Assembly (NCBI GenBank): GCA_002428995.1
Contig: DIYJ01000015.1
Span: forward strand, 125,144 to 189,143
Length of the DNA stretch: 64,000 nucleotides
From: Flavobacteriales bacterium UBA6057
GTDB taxonomy: Bacteria > Bacteroidota > Bacteroidia > Flavobacteriales_G > Salibacteraceae
Direction of reading: 5' to 3'
Made by a program: the position numbers and the translations under genes. The notes under the pieces are model-generated. The model ran no database searches, had not been told where the DNA came from, and saw only the letters and a program-made list of their open reading frames with translations. Below, piece by piece: positions 55,023 through 64,000 of this stretch (the stretch's first letter is position 1; each line of letters opens with the position of its first letter).

Positions 55023-56771
55023 ATGAGCCGAAGGCTGATTTTCCCGTTTCTATCATTTTGTTTCCTGGTGAATCTTGCTGTTACCGCACAGGAATCTGAA
55101 GTGCTGATGCTCGAAGCAACCATTGTTGACTTTGAGACGAGCGAGCCGCTGCCTTACGTCACGGTTTACAACCTTGGGAATGGAACGGGAACGGTCTCTA
55201 ACAACGAAGGCTTTTTCAGGCTTGCGGGCGTTTCAACCGAGGATACGGTTCGTTTCTCCTTTGTAGGCTACACCACCCTGAAGCTTTCCGGCAGTGAACT
55301 TCAGAGGAGCAATCGGACACTGAAATTGGAACGAAAGCCTGCCATGCTCTCAGAGTTTACGCTGCTGGGAGATTGGTCGGTACTGTACAAGCTCATCCAG
55401 CGTGCGCGCAAAGCGCAGACCTATCGCAAGCAAAGCGCCAAGACTTACTTCTCGCTGGAATCGTTTGCGAATGATCAGCGGGTAGAGCTTTTAGAGTGTT
55501 ACTACAACGGTCATTTTGCGGGTTATGACATTCAGAAACTGGAGTTGAAAAACGGCCGCATTGCGCTGGCAGAGTTTGGCAATCGCTTTTTCGTGTCTAC
55601 CGAGAGTTCTAAGGCGATCTACTCTCACGAACTGTTTGGGGACAATCCTTACTTCCCTGCAAGTCCCTTCCAGTTAACCAAAGGCCGCCTGAAAAAAGAC
55701 TACGACCTGCGCTTGCTGAGCAAGTACAAGGACGAACAGGATAACCTAATTTTTGTCATCGATTTCACACCGCGGGACTCTACGGATGATCTGTTTAGCG
55801 GCCAGGTTTGGATCGATTCGCTGACTGCGGATATCTACAAGGTGAACCTTCAAAAACGCAGTGCGAAGAATCATCCGTTTCTACCTATGGGTAATGTGAA
55901 GCGACTGGATCGCATTGATCTGGACATCACCAAGAACTTCAAACCCGCGGACAAAGGGATGATCTTTGAATCGGTGAATTTCGACTACAGTGTGCATTAC
56001 ACGACCAACAAAAGCGAAAAGCTTGTGACAGATACACGCGCGGTACTCATAGGATACAACTCTGAAGAGCTCTTTCGCCTACCCCAATTTGATTTTATCG
56101 ATGCTCGCTACGGTGATTATGTGAAGATCAATGCGGCACCGTACAATGCCTTTTTCTGGGAGAATATGAATGAGTTTGCGGACGACAGTCGTGCAGAGAA
56201 GAATCAGCTCTTCTTACCCGGGAATTCGGCACTTACCGATCGTGACATGTTTGGAGACAATGAATTCTTTGTGGGTGGTGTTCTGCAGCAACCTTATGTC
56301 CATTGGAATGGGGATCCTGTTTTTTTGGCGGGTGGCGGGGCGATCAAAACACCTCGGGAAGAATGGCAGGGAACGCTGCCTTCTGAGCGCTATGCGTTGA
56401 CGGTGAAGTACTACCTGGATATCAATAGCTTTGATAATGAACTCCATTTCCTTTCGGCCAATGTGTTGGATCCGTTTGAGACTTACTACGACTACAAGAT
56501 GAATCCGGTGGATCACATGTTTGTCAACATGTATTTCGACCTTTTTGAAATCCACTACCGTGAAATGGTGAAGGCTCTGGAGCGCTGCGATTGTGACGAA
56601 AGCCGCATGGAAGAGATCTTTGACGAATACACCGAAAAAGCGAAAGAGCAAGGCAAGCTCTTCAGGTATGAGGTGAACCGCGGAAAGAATTGGGGGCAGA
56701 TGGAAAAGTGGGATCGTCACATTTTTGATGTGTTGCAGATTAGCAACATCGAGCGATTTCAAGGAAAATAG
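55023..56771 (+). CDS. Secreted protein with N-terminal carboxypeptidase-regulatory-like (CarbopepD_reg) beta-sandwich domain; function unknown
   Basis: Signal peptide. EATIVDFETSEPLPYVTVYNLGNGTGTVSNNEGFFRLAG matches the carboxypeptidase-like regulatory fold. No catalytic motifs seen in the rest. Confidence 0.55.
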   Translation: MSRRLIFPFLSFCFLVNLAVTAQESEVLMLEATIVDFETSEPLPYVTVYNLGNGTGTVSNNEGFFRLAGVSTEDTVRFSFVGYTTLKLSGSELQRSNRTLKLERKPAMLSEFTLLGDWSVLYKLIQRARKAQTYRKQSAKTYFSLESFANDQRVELLECYYNGHFAGYDIQKLELKNGRIALAEFGNRFFVSTESSKAIYSHELFGDNPYFPASPFQLTKGRLKKDYDLRLLSKYKDEQDNLIFVIDFTPRDSTDDLFSGQVWIDSLTADIYKVNLQKRSAKNHPFLPMGNVKRLDRIDLDITKNFKPADKGMIFESVNFDYSVHYTTNKSEKLVTDTRAVLIGYNSEELFRLPQFDFIDARYGDYVKINAAPYNAFFWENMNEFADDSRAEKNQLFLPGNSALTDRDMFGDNEFFVGGVLQQPYVHWNGDPVFLAGGGAIKTPREEWQGTLPSERYALTVKYYLDINSFDNELHFLSANVLDPFETYYDYKMNPVDHMFVNMYFDLFEIHYREMVKALERCDCDESRMEEIFDEYTEKAKEQGKLFRYEVNRGKNWGQMEKWDRHIFDVLQISNIERFQGK

Positions 56772-56958
56772 TCTCATTGCATATCCAGCGTGATACGGGA
56801 AAGGCGAGTGAGATAGAGTCGACCTCCACACATACATCTCATTTCTTATCTGTATCAAGGTTTAGAGTCACCTGGATCAATGAAGATGCATGAATGTGGA
56901 GTGCAAATAACTATTGAGCTTGGGCGCTAGCTCGATGCTGGAAAGTGTTTTGCGTAGC

Positions 56959-57957
56959 TTATTCTGCAGTTGCCGTAAAAACAGAACTGCCTATAAGTAA
57001 GTTGGGATTAATCTGTGGGTCTGATGCTATGCAAAGGAAGGACTCGACTCTAATGATACAGTCTCGCTTGTACCAACCTGTGAGATCCGAAGATATGTAG
57101 TCAAAGTCCCAAACTGGTTTGTCCTTCAAGTTTGAACATCGCAGCAGGCATAAGCCTTGAAATCCATTTGCCGAACCATCATAGAGTATAGATTCTTCCT
57201 CATGACCTGCGTTAGTATAAGTTGTTTCGGTAATATTCACTCGTATCAAAACCCCATAATGATTAACGTTGGAACCAGACTCAGATACGAGATCAACGAG
57301 CCGGGAACCATATATCCTTATTGGAAGCCGGTTCGCTTTTGGTTTATTCAGAATTTCAATGTCTGCTCTAACTTTGGAGAAACGGTCATTCACGTTTTGA
57401 TTTTCGGAATACAAAATTGCAGGGTCAAACCGAGTGGAATCTTTGTAGTTAATCAGCTTTTTTTTCGCCATGTCCAGCTCTTCTTGCTTAATTCTTAGCT
57501 CGATCCTCAGGCTGTCCGCGATCTTAGCTTGATCAGACGATAGTTCTATCACCTGGCCACCATCCTTCTTTCTTTTGACTCGAAGCTTTTGTCGAACCTT
57601 TTCCAATTCTCTAATGACAGAATCCCGCTGATGATTGGCCTGAATCACCTCTTGCATAAGGACTAGCTTTTCTTTGTAAGATCTAATGGTGTCTTCAGAA
57701 GCTTTGGCCTGAATGACGGTGTTCTCAATTTCCCTTTTTTGAGCCCAGAGACTATCGCTGAGTGCCCTAAACCCATTCGTATCCAGAGCAAGTTGCTGAA
57801 TCATCTCTTCGTTCTGTTGTATTTGGTGCGCGGCAGCCTCTACCTCATCGGTGTATCCATAAATCAATACGGCCGAAACGAGAAAAACCATCAAGACCGC
57901 TCCGGCTACCATTACCGAAACAGAATACGATTTTCGGTATGAATCAATCTCCGTCAT
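56959..57957 (-). CDS. Hypothetical single-pass membrane protein with long coiled-coil and about 170-aa C-terminal globular domain (low-GC module, gene 2)
   Basis: TM at residues about 13-33, heptad-rich region of about 150 aa, C-terminal domain with 4 Cys. Overlaps the upstream gene by 14 nt. Confidence 0.5.
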   Translation of the reverse strand: MTEIDSYRKSYSVSVMVAGAVLMVFLVSAVLIYGYTDEVEAAAHQIQQNEEMIQQLALDTNGFRALSDSLWAQKREIENTVIQAKASEDTIRSYKEKLVLMQEVIQANHQRDSVIRELEKVRQKLRVKRKKDGGQVIELSSDQAKIADSLRIELRIKQEELDMAKKKLINYKDSTRFDPAILYSENQNVNDRFSKVRADIEILNKPKANRLPIRIYGSRLVDLVSESGSNVNHYGVLIRVNITETTYTNAGHEEESILYDGSANGFQGLCLLRCSNLKDKPVWDFDYISSDLTGWYKRDCIIRVESFLCIASDPQINPNLLIGSSVFTATAE

Positions 57958-58516
57958 CTGGGTTGCGTTTGAAGCGCGAGAAAACCTTAGTGTAAAATCC
58001 TTCAGTATGTCTTATTACCAGTGCTTCGGCTTTGCGTAAATCCTTCTTTAGTAACTTCAGCTCGTCTTGGATTTCCTTGTTACGATATGGCAGCTCGGAT
58101 TCGTCACCGACTTTGCATCTCTCAATGATTTGATCAAGTAGCCAGTAGCACTTCAGATATACCCTCAGGTAATAGGTGTTTCGCTTATGTATTGTCCAAA
58201 TGAAGATCAGTACAGATCCGGGTGCGAAAGGCAACAGAGCCTTCGTCTTGGTGTCTATGCTGTTAGTGTTTATTTCCCAAGGAAGTTCAACCATAAGAGA
58301 GAGAAGGTAGCAGGCAATAAATGAAATGCACAAAAAGAGAGGTGAAATCAAGAAGATCCTAAGGGCAGTTCGCATCTTCAACCGTGATCTTATTTCACTA
58401 TTGAATTCAGTTTGACGCTGCGAATAGTGCTTGATGTCAGCCGCCCAAAAACCTGGACTGGAATCAGGTTTGGTGGTTTCTGTTTGATCAATCTGCAGTT
58501 GTAGGATTTTGCTCAT
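57944..58516 (-). CDS. Hypothetical two-TM membrane protein with charged C-terminal tail (low-GC module, gene 1)
   Basis: 190 aa. Two hydrophobic helices (residues about 50-75 and 95-112). Lys/Glu-rich C-terminal segment. Confidence 0.5.
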   Translation of the reverse strand: MSKILQLQIDQTETTKPDSSPGFWAADIKHYSQRQTEFNSEIRSRLKMRTALRIFLISPLFLCISFIACYLLSLMVELPWEINTNSIDTKTKALLPFAPGSVLIFIWTIHKRNTYYLRVYLKCYWLLDQIIERCKVGDESELPYRNKEIQDELKLLKKDLRKAEALVIRHTEGFYTKVFSRFKRNPDDGD

Positions 58517-58640
58517 TTAATTAACACCAAGTTGTTCAAAAATAACAATTAAGTATAGATATAAAATACTTAAAACGTTAGTTTTTAATGTGTCGGAATT
58601 CAAATGAGTAAGCAGTCATATATGGCCGCTATTCCCATAT

Positions 58641-59234
58641 TTGGTCATGATCTATGAATTTGAGGGCTATAAACCTGTCATCCACGAGAGCGCTTTCATC
58701 CATCCGCAGGCGGCTGTCACTGGGAATGTATTCATTGGGAAAAACGTTTACATCGGCCCTGGAGCAGCTATTCGCGGTGACTGGGGAAAGATTGTGATCG
58801 AAGACGGTTGTAATGTGCAGGAGAATTGCACCATCCATATGTTTCCCGGTGTTGAAATACGCCTGCATGAAGGGGCGCATGTGGGACATGGAGCCATTGT
58901 TCATGGTGCCACGCTCGGCCGCAATTGCCTGATTGGGATGAATGCTGTGTTGATGGATGAGGTGGTGATCGGAGATGAGTGCATCGTGGGTGCTCTCTGT
59001 TTTGTACCGGCCAAAACACAAATCCCTCCTCGCAAGGTGGTGGTCGGGAATCCTGCCAAGATTGTAAAGGACGTGAGCGATGACATGATTCAGTGGAAGA
59101 CCAAGGGCACAGAGCTCTATCAGAAATTGCCTTCTGATTGCTACGCTACACTGCGGGAGTGCGAACCCTTGAGAGAGGTTGAACCCAACCGGCCTGAACA
59201 GCAAAAAATCTACGACCTATGGAAAAATCAGTAG
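58641..59234 (+). CDS. Gamma-carbonic anhydrase / hexapeptide-repeat (PaaY/CaiE-like) protein
   Basis: Left-handed beta-helix hexapeptide repeats and metal-ligand His pattern (HMFPG...HGAIVHGA). Confidence 0.8.
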   Translation: MVMIYEFEGYKPVIHESAFIHPQAAVTGNVFIGKNVYIGPGAAIRGDWGKIVIEDGCNVQENCTIHMFPGVEIRLHEGAHVGHGAIVHGATLGRNCLIGMNAVLMDEVVIGDECIVGALCFVPAKTQIPPRKVVVGNPAKIVKDVSDDMIQWKTKGTELYQKLPSDCYATLRECEPLREVEPNRPEQQKIYDLWKNQ

Positions 59235-59605
59235 TCCTCGCCCTTGCCCTTTTGTGCCTTTGTGTGGCAGGAGTGAGCCAGGAGAAAGAAGCGCCACGCG
59301 AGTTTGAAATGACCGAGGGCGACACTACGTATACCATGAAGCAGTATGTCTTCTGCCTCTACCTGAGTGGTGACAATCGCTCACAGTCTGAAGAAGAAGC
59401 GCAGGCTTTGCAGGCACAGCACATGAATCATATGAATTCCATGGCTGAAGAAAAGGGCTTGATCGTAGCTGGACCTTTTGGTGATGAATCCGAAAAGCGA
59501 GGCATTCTGGTCTTTGATGTGGCTACTACGGAAGAGGCAGAAGAAGCAATCAGTTCGGATCCTGCTGTGAAGGCCGGGCGATTGACCTATGAGTGTCACC
59601 CCTAG
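59219..59605 (+). CDS. YciI-like (Dabb fold) protein with signal peptide
   Basis: YVFCLYLSGDNRSQSEEEAQALQAQHMNHMNSMAEEKGLIVAGPF...DPAVKAGRLTYECHP matches the YciI family pattern. Confidence 0.6.
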   Translation: MEKSVVLALALLCLCVAGVSQEKEAPREFEMTEGDTTYTMKQYVFCLYLSGDNRSQSEEEAQALQAQHMNHMNSMAEEKGLIVAGPFGDESEKRGILVFDVATTEEAEEAISSDPAVKAGRLTYECHP

Positions 59606-59721
59606 TGGGCAGCCAAGGGAACCTGCCTGAAATAGAAAGTCGAGTAAGTATATTCGCGAAAGGCCCGGGAAGGGTGAGTCGAGAGGCTTGTTCAGGGCAC
59701 ATAAATCACTAGAACACAACA

Positions 59722-61776
59722 TTGCAACATATGAAGATCAAGAACTATGTACAAGGCCAGTGGGTCGAGGGTGAAGGGGAAGAATTGGTGGCTTACAACG
59801 CGATCAATGGTGAGGCGATTGGCGCGGTTTCCAGTGCCGGGCTCGACTACAAGGCCATGCTGGATTATGCACGAAATACGGGTGGTCCTGCATTGCGTAA
59901 AATGACCTTCCAGGAACGGGGAAGAATGCTCAAGGCATTGGCCCTTTACCTGATCGAGCGCAAAGAGAAGTTCTACACGCTGAGTGCCGCTACTGGTGCC
60001 ACGCGCGTGGATAGCTGGATCGACATTGAAGGAGGTATCGGGAACCTATTTGCTTACGCTTCGCTCAGGAGACAATTTCCGGATCTGCCTTATGCCGTGG
60101 AGGGTGATGTTGCTCCTCTGTCAAAAGGAGGGTCGTTCATTGGTCATCACATCTTGGTGCCTAAGCGCGGTGTTGCCGTTCATATCAATGCCTTCAACTT
60201 CCCAATCTGGGGCATGCTGGAGAAAATTGCAGTGAACCTACTGGCCGGAGTTCCAGCAGTAGTGAAGCCTTCGGAGATCACAGGCTACCTCACCGAGCTG
60301 ATGGTCAAGGAAATCCTCGACTCTAAGATTCTTCCGGAAGGAAGCTTGCAACTGGTGAGCGGCCTTGGCCGTGGAATCATTGATCATGTTACCAATCAGG
60401 ATGTGGTTACGTTCACGGGTTCTGCCGCCACCGGGCGAAAGCTGAAGGCATTGCCACACATCACTGAAAACTCGGTTCCTTTCAACCTCGAAGCAGACTC
60501 GCTGAATGCTTCCATGCTGGGCGAAGATGCTGCTCCCGGTACCCCTGAATTCGACATCTTCATCAAGGCTGTAAGAGCGGAGATTACCGTGAAAGCAGGA
60601 CAAAAGTGTACCGCCATTCGAAGGATCATTGTCCCTGAAAAATACATGGAGGATGTACAAATCGCTCTTGGCAAGCAGCTGGCCAAAACCACTATTGGAG
60701 ACCCATCCGTTGATGGTGTTCGAATGGGTTCGCTGGCTTCTCGATTGCAGGTGGAGCGTGTGCGCCAGAATGTTGAGCTGCTGATGAAAGAGCAGGACAT
60801 TGTGTATGGAGACATGGACAACTTTGATGTAGTTGGAGCAGACAAGGACAAAGGCGCGTTCTTCAGTCCCATCCTGTTCCGCAACGATGATCCGTTCAAC
60901 AAAACGGCCGTGCACGACATTGAAGCCTTTGGTCCGGTGAGCACGCTCATTCCCTACAAGGACATGGACGAGGCAATCCGCATCACCGAAATGGGTAAAG
61001 GCTCATTGGTGACTTCGATCGTTACTGCCGATGATAACATTGCCAAGGAATTTGTACTCAATACAGCACATCTCCACGGCCGTATTCTGGTGCTGAACGA
61101 GCGATGCGCCAAGGAAAGCACGGGTCATGGTTCGCCCATGCCACTGCTGAGCCACGGTGGACCTGGTAGAGCAGGAGGTGGCGAAGAAATGGGTGGTGTA
61201 AGAGGTGTGAAACACTACATGCAGCGTACGGCCATTCAGGGTCATCCTGAAACGATCACACGCATCACGGAGCAATTCCAGGTTGGAGCAGATCAGCCAG
61301 AAGCCAATCCGCATGTATTCCGCCAGCACTTTGAGGAGTTGACGGTGGGAGATACCGTCTTCACCCATAAGCACACGATCACGGAGGCGGACATCGTGAA
61401 CTTTGCGAATGTGAGTGGCGATAACTTCTATGCACACATGGATGCTACCTCACTGGATGGAACCATCTTCGAGGAGCGCGTTGCACATGGGTATTTCTTG
61501 CTTTCGAAGGCGGCAGGACTCTTTGTTGATCCTAAGAAGGGGCCAGTGTTGTTGAACTATGGAGTGGAGCAGGCTCGTTTTACCAAGCCGGTTTATTTCG
61601 GTACTACGGTGGGTGTTCGCTTTACGGTGAAGGAGAAGATTGATCAGGAGAAGCGCAGTGAGGATGATGTGGCGAAGGGTATCGTGAAGTTCTTGGTGGA
61701 TATGTATGATGATGAAGGAGAGACGGTTGCTATTGCTACGATTCTTACGATGGTGAAGAAGCTGGATCAGTCTTAG
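59722..61776 (+). CDS. paaZ: Bifunctional aldehyde dehydrogenase / MaoC-like hydratase (PaaZ-like; oxepin-CoA hydrolase / 3-oxo-5,6-dehydrosuberyl-CoA semialdehyde dehydrogenase)
   Basis: N-terminal ALDH domain (catalytic GQKCTAIRR) fused to a C-terminal hotdog MaoC dehydratase domain. 684 aa is PaaZ-sized. Confidence 0.75.
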   Translation: MQHMKIKNYVQGQWVEGEGEELVAYNAINGEAIGAVSSAGLDYKAMLDYARNTGGPALRKMTFQERGRMLKALALYLIERKEKFYTLSAATGATRVDSWIDIEGGIGNLFAYASLRRQFPDLPYAVEGDVAPLSKGGSFIGHHILVPKRGVAVHINAFNFPIWGMLEKIAVNLLAGVPAVVKPSEITGYLTELMVKEILDSKILPEGSLQLVSGLGRGIIDHVTNQDVVTFTGSAATGRKLKALPHITENSVPFNLEADSLNASMLGEDAAPGTPEFDIFIKAVRAEITVKAGQKCTAIRRIIVPEKYMEDVQIALGKQLAKTTIGDPSVDGVRMGSLASRLQVERVRQNVELLMKEQDIVYGDMDNFDVVGADKDKGAFFSPILFRNDDPFNKTAVHDIEAFGPVSTLIPYKDMDEAIRITEMGKGSLVTSIVTADDNIAKEFVLNTAHLHGRILVLNERCAKESTGHGSPMPLLSHGGPGRAGGGEEMGGVRGVKHYMQRTAIQGHPETITRITEQFQVGADQPEANPHVFRQHFEELTVGDTVFTHKHTITEADIVNFANVSGDNFYAHMDATSLDGTIFEERVAHGYFLLSKAAGLFVDPKKGPVLLNYGVEQARFTKPVYFGTTVGVRFTVKEKIDQEKRSEDDVAKGIVKFLVDMYDDEGETVAIATILTMVKKLDQS

Positions 61777-61834
61777 GCTTTCGGGCGGGTTCACGCAGAG
61801 TTCGCAAAGGGAAGACACGCAGAGAACGCAAAGG

Positions 61835-62212
61835 ATGACGGAGAACGAGATTTCTTATAAGATCATTGGTGCTTCTATTGAGTTGCATAAGGCGCTTGGG
61901 CCGGGATTACTGGAAAGTGTATATGAGGAGTCTTTAGCACTGGATTTGCGTGCCTCAGGTCTGAAGGTAAAGCAGCAGGTTTCAGTTCCCATGAGTTACA
62001 AGTCTTTGAATTTTGAACGTGGTTTTCGGTTGGATTTGCTAGTAGAGGACATGGTGATCATTGAAATCAAATCGGTTCAGGCTATACTCCCGGTACATAA
62101 GTCTCAACTACTAACCTATTTGCGTTTGTCTGATCGAAGACTGGGCCTTCTTATCAATTTCAACTCGAAAGTCTTGAAAGAGAGTATTCATCGTATTGCC
62201 AACGGACTTTAA
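61835..62212 (+). CDS. GxxExxY protein (PD-(D/E)XK-like small protein)
   Basis: GPGLLESVYEE motif plus the EIK/Q core typical of this family. Confidence 0.75.
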   Translation: MTENEISYKIIGASIELHKALGPGLLESVYEESLALDLRASGLKVKQQVSVPMSYKSLNFERGFRLDLLVEDMVIIEIKSVQAILPVHKSQLLTYLRLSDRRLGLLINFNSKVLKESIHRIANGL

Positions 62213-62228
62213 GCTCCAAAGCCTACGC

Positions 62229-62582
62229 ATGTATGATCTTTGCGTGAAAATGATCAACTGGAAAAACAACAAAGCCCCCGAACCGCCCTACTACGCCTCC
62301 ATCTTCCATTACTACCTCGGAGATGACCTGGAAGGCTATGCAGCAATGGACGACATCACCCTGGAGCTTGCCCAGCAAAACCCGGGCTATCTCGGCTATG
62401 AAAGCCACAAGTCCAACGGCCGCGGTTCATTCATAAGCTACTGGAAGGACCTGGAGTCGATAGACGAATGGCGAAAGAATAGCACCCACATCAAAGCCAA
62501 AGCAGAAGGCATGAAGCGATGGTATAAATACTACCACTCCATGATCGCCAAGGTGGAGAGTGCCCGCTTTCATGAGCTCTGA
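62229..62582 (+). CDS. Small alpha+beta protein, possibly ABM (antibiotic biosynthesis monooxygenase)-like
   Basis: About 115 aa. Pattern ...YLGYESHKSN.RGSFISYWKDLESIDEWRKNSTH..AKAEG..WY loosely fits the ABM/ferredoxin-like dimeric barrel. Start uncertain. Confidence 0.35.
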   Translation: MYDLCVKMINWKNNKAPEPPYYASIFHYYLGDDLEGYAAMDDITLELAQQNPGYLGYESHKSNGRGSFISYWKDLESIDEWRKNSTHIKAKAEGMKRWYKYYHSMIAKVESARFHEL

Positions 62583-62643
62583 GCGGGATCAAACCTGAAT
62601 TCAAGTAGTCGCGTCTTGTAGGAAACCTACTAACTACAAGCGC

Positions 62644-63537
62644 ATGACTACACCACGAAGCATCCTCCTTCTCTGCACATTGCTGGCAACGGCAGTTGGA
62701 TTTTCTCAAACCTTCACGGCCAATGCCGGAGCAGACGTTTTGGTTTGTGTCCAGGCCATAAACTTTGACACCAACTTCACGATTGGCGGCTCTCCAACGG
62801 CTGAAAACGGAACTGGTCCTTACACGTATAGATGGTATTCGGCTGATTCGGGTTGGAGTGCCAGCGAGATTCTGAACGATACTACGATCGCCAATCCAGA
62901 AGTAACCATCTCTACTTTTTTCATGCCCGGACCGGAGCACAACATTCAGTTGGAGATTACGGATTCAACCGGTGCTGTAGCCCTGGATACCATGTTCATT
63001 CAGATCTGTGGCCAACTGCCCGTCCCTCTCGGAGTCAGCGTGGTTTATGCAGAGCAAGGAGACACTATTGTTCTACGTGCTCGCCCTTCCTTTTCCTGCG
63101 AGTTAGATTCCATTGTGTGGTCTCCGCAAGATCACTTGATTTCACCGCCCTATGGCGACTCAGTCATCGTAGTGGTGGATGACCTGGATTTCAACTATCA
63201 GTATTCTACCCAGTTCTTCGGCCCCTTCGGATGCATGGGTACGGGTGACTATGAGCCCATCATCGCGGACGTTTACCCAAAAGGAGTATCCGAGCTGGGC
63301 GATGCCGGATTCAACCTTTTCCCCAATCCATCCTCTGACGGCCGCTTGGTGATTGAATCAGAATTCAGAATCTCTGAAATTCAGGTCACGGATGTTCAGG
63401 GACGTGTGTTGATTCAAACCACAGCCAACGGTCAGCGAACGGAACTAAATCATGACCTGCCTTCTGGTATGTACACCGTTTCTGTGTTGACGGGTAGCCA
63501 GTGGATGAAGCAAAGGCTGGTAGTAGACAACAATTGA
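62644..63537 (+). CDS. Secreted protein with T9SS C-terminal sorting domain
   Basis: Signal peptide MTTPRSILLLCTLLATAVGFSQ. C-terminus NLFPNPSSDGRLVIESEFRISEIQVTDVQGRVL...SGMYTVSV matches the Por secretion tail. Confidence 0.7.
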   Translation: MTTPRSILLLCTLLATAVGFSQTFTANAGADVLVCVQAINFDTNFTIGGSPTAENGTGPYTYRWYSADSGWSASEILNDTTIANPEVTISTFFMPGPEHNIQLEITDSTGAVALDTMFIQICGQLPVPLGVSVVYAEQGDTIVLRARPSFSCELDSIVWSPQDHLISPPYGDSVIVVVDDLDFNYQYSTQFFGPFGCMGTGDYEPIIADVYPKGVSELGDAGFNLFPNPSSDGRLVIESEFRISEIQVTDVQGRVLIQTTANGQRTELNHDLPSGMYTVSVLTGSQWMKQRLVVDNN

Positions 63538-63593
63538 TAGAAAGCGATCGGCTAGTGTGAACTGCTGATAGCTAGCAGCTGACAGCCTTTTCA

Positions 63594-64000
63594 TCAATAC
63601 TTAATGCAAACGTTCTTGGGCTCCGTAAAGAATTGAAGCGCCTCAAAACCACCTTCGCGGCCCACGCCTGAGCTTTTCACACCTCCGAATGGCGTACGCA
63701 GATCGCGGAGCAACCAGCAGTTGACCCATACAATGCCTGTGTGAAGGCCTTTCGCAACTCTGTGTGCTTTACTCAGGTTCTCAGTCCAGACGGAGCTGGC
63801 TAAACCGTATTTGGTGCTATTGGCCATTTCCAGCACTTCTTCTTCAGAATCGAAGGGAATGAGTGTAACTACCGGGCCGAAAATCTCTTCCTGATTGGTG
63901 CGGCAGGTGTGTGGCAACCCTTCAATGACTGTGGGCTCCAGGTAATAGCCGTCTTTAAACTCGCCCGTCATTTCAGCCTGCTTGCCACCAGTCAACACGG
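63594..64000 (-). CDS. Aldehyde dehydrogenase family protein, C-terminal part (start lies beyond the window end)
   Basis: EEIFGPVV and C-terminal ALDH motifs. ORF open to the window edge. Confidence 0.85.
   Translation of the reverse strand, partial: VLTGGKQAEMTGEFKDGYYLEPTVIEGLPHTCRTNQEEIFGPVVTLIPFDSEEEVLEMANSTKYGLASSVWTENLSKAHRVAKGLHTGIVWVNCWLLRDLRTPFGGVKSSGVGREGGFEALQFFTEPKNVCIKY

Overview
The window looks like chromosome from a Bacteroidota-type bacterium, with roughly 50% GC. The assignment rests on T9SS C-terminal sorting domains, signal peptides ending in AQ, lipoprotein boxes, and a hybrid TPR–histidine kinase–receiver–AraC regulator. Housekeeping genes are scattered through it: fbp (5' partial), mfd, dnaG, pheT and an initiator tRNA-fMet. 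Accessory content sits between them. (1) A four-gene, translationally coupled operon encodes a type III polyketide synthase (PKS), a SAM methyltransferase, an FAD oxidoreductase and a UbiA prenyltransferase. It resembles the srs/ars alkylresorcinol operons, and a hybrid histidine kinase lies just upstream. (2) Two paralogous small secreted Cys/Pro-rich proteins flank an ALDH7 gene and a hydrolase gene and share an upstream 13-mer. (3) A cluster of small lipoprotein and hypothetical genes. (4) The most striking element is about 15 kb right next to the tRNA-fMet. It holds two giant Sec-signal proteins: a 2055-aa protein with an SpvB/TcaC-like N-terminus, and a 3008-aa YD/RHS-repeat protein. The RHS protein has a canonical RHS core ending in the ...NNPVANVESEGL autoproteolysis motif, then a 311-aa C-terminal domain of unknown function. 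A tandemly duplicated module of about 140 aa is inserted just before the core. No TcA-like partner and no immunity gene are present. (5) A roughly 1.9 kb low-GC insert carries two overlapping genes for membrane and coiled-coil proteins of unknown function. Other content: PaaY-like, YciI-like and PaaZ genes, an NfeD–flotillin pair, an SDR–CPBP–epimerase operon, a KamA-family radical SAM enzyme next to a Qnr-like pentapeptide protein, MORN-variant lipoproteins and T9SS cargo proteins. I found no CRISPR array, IS element or integrase.
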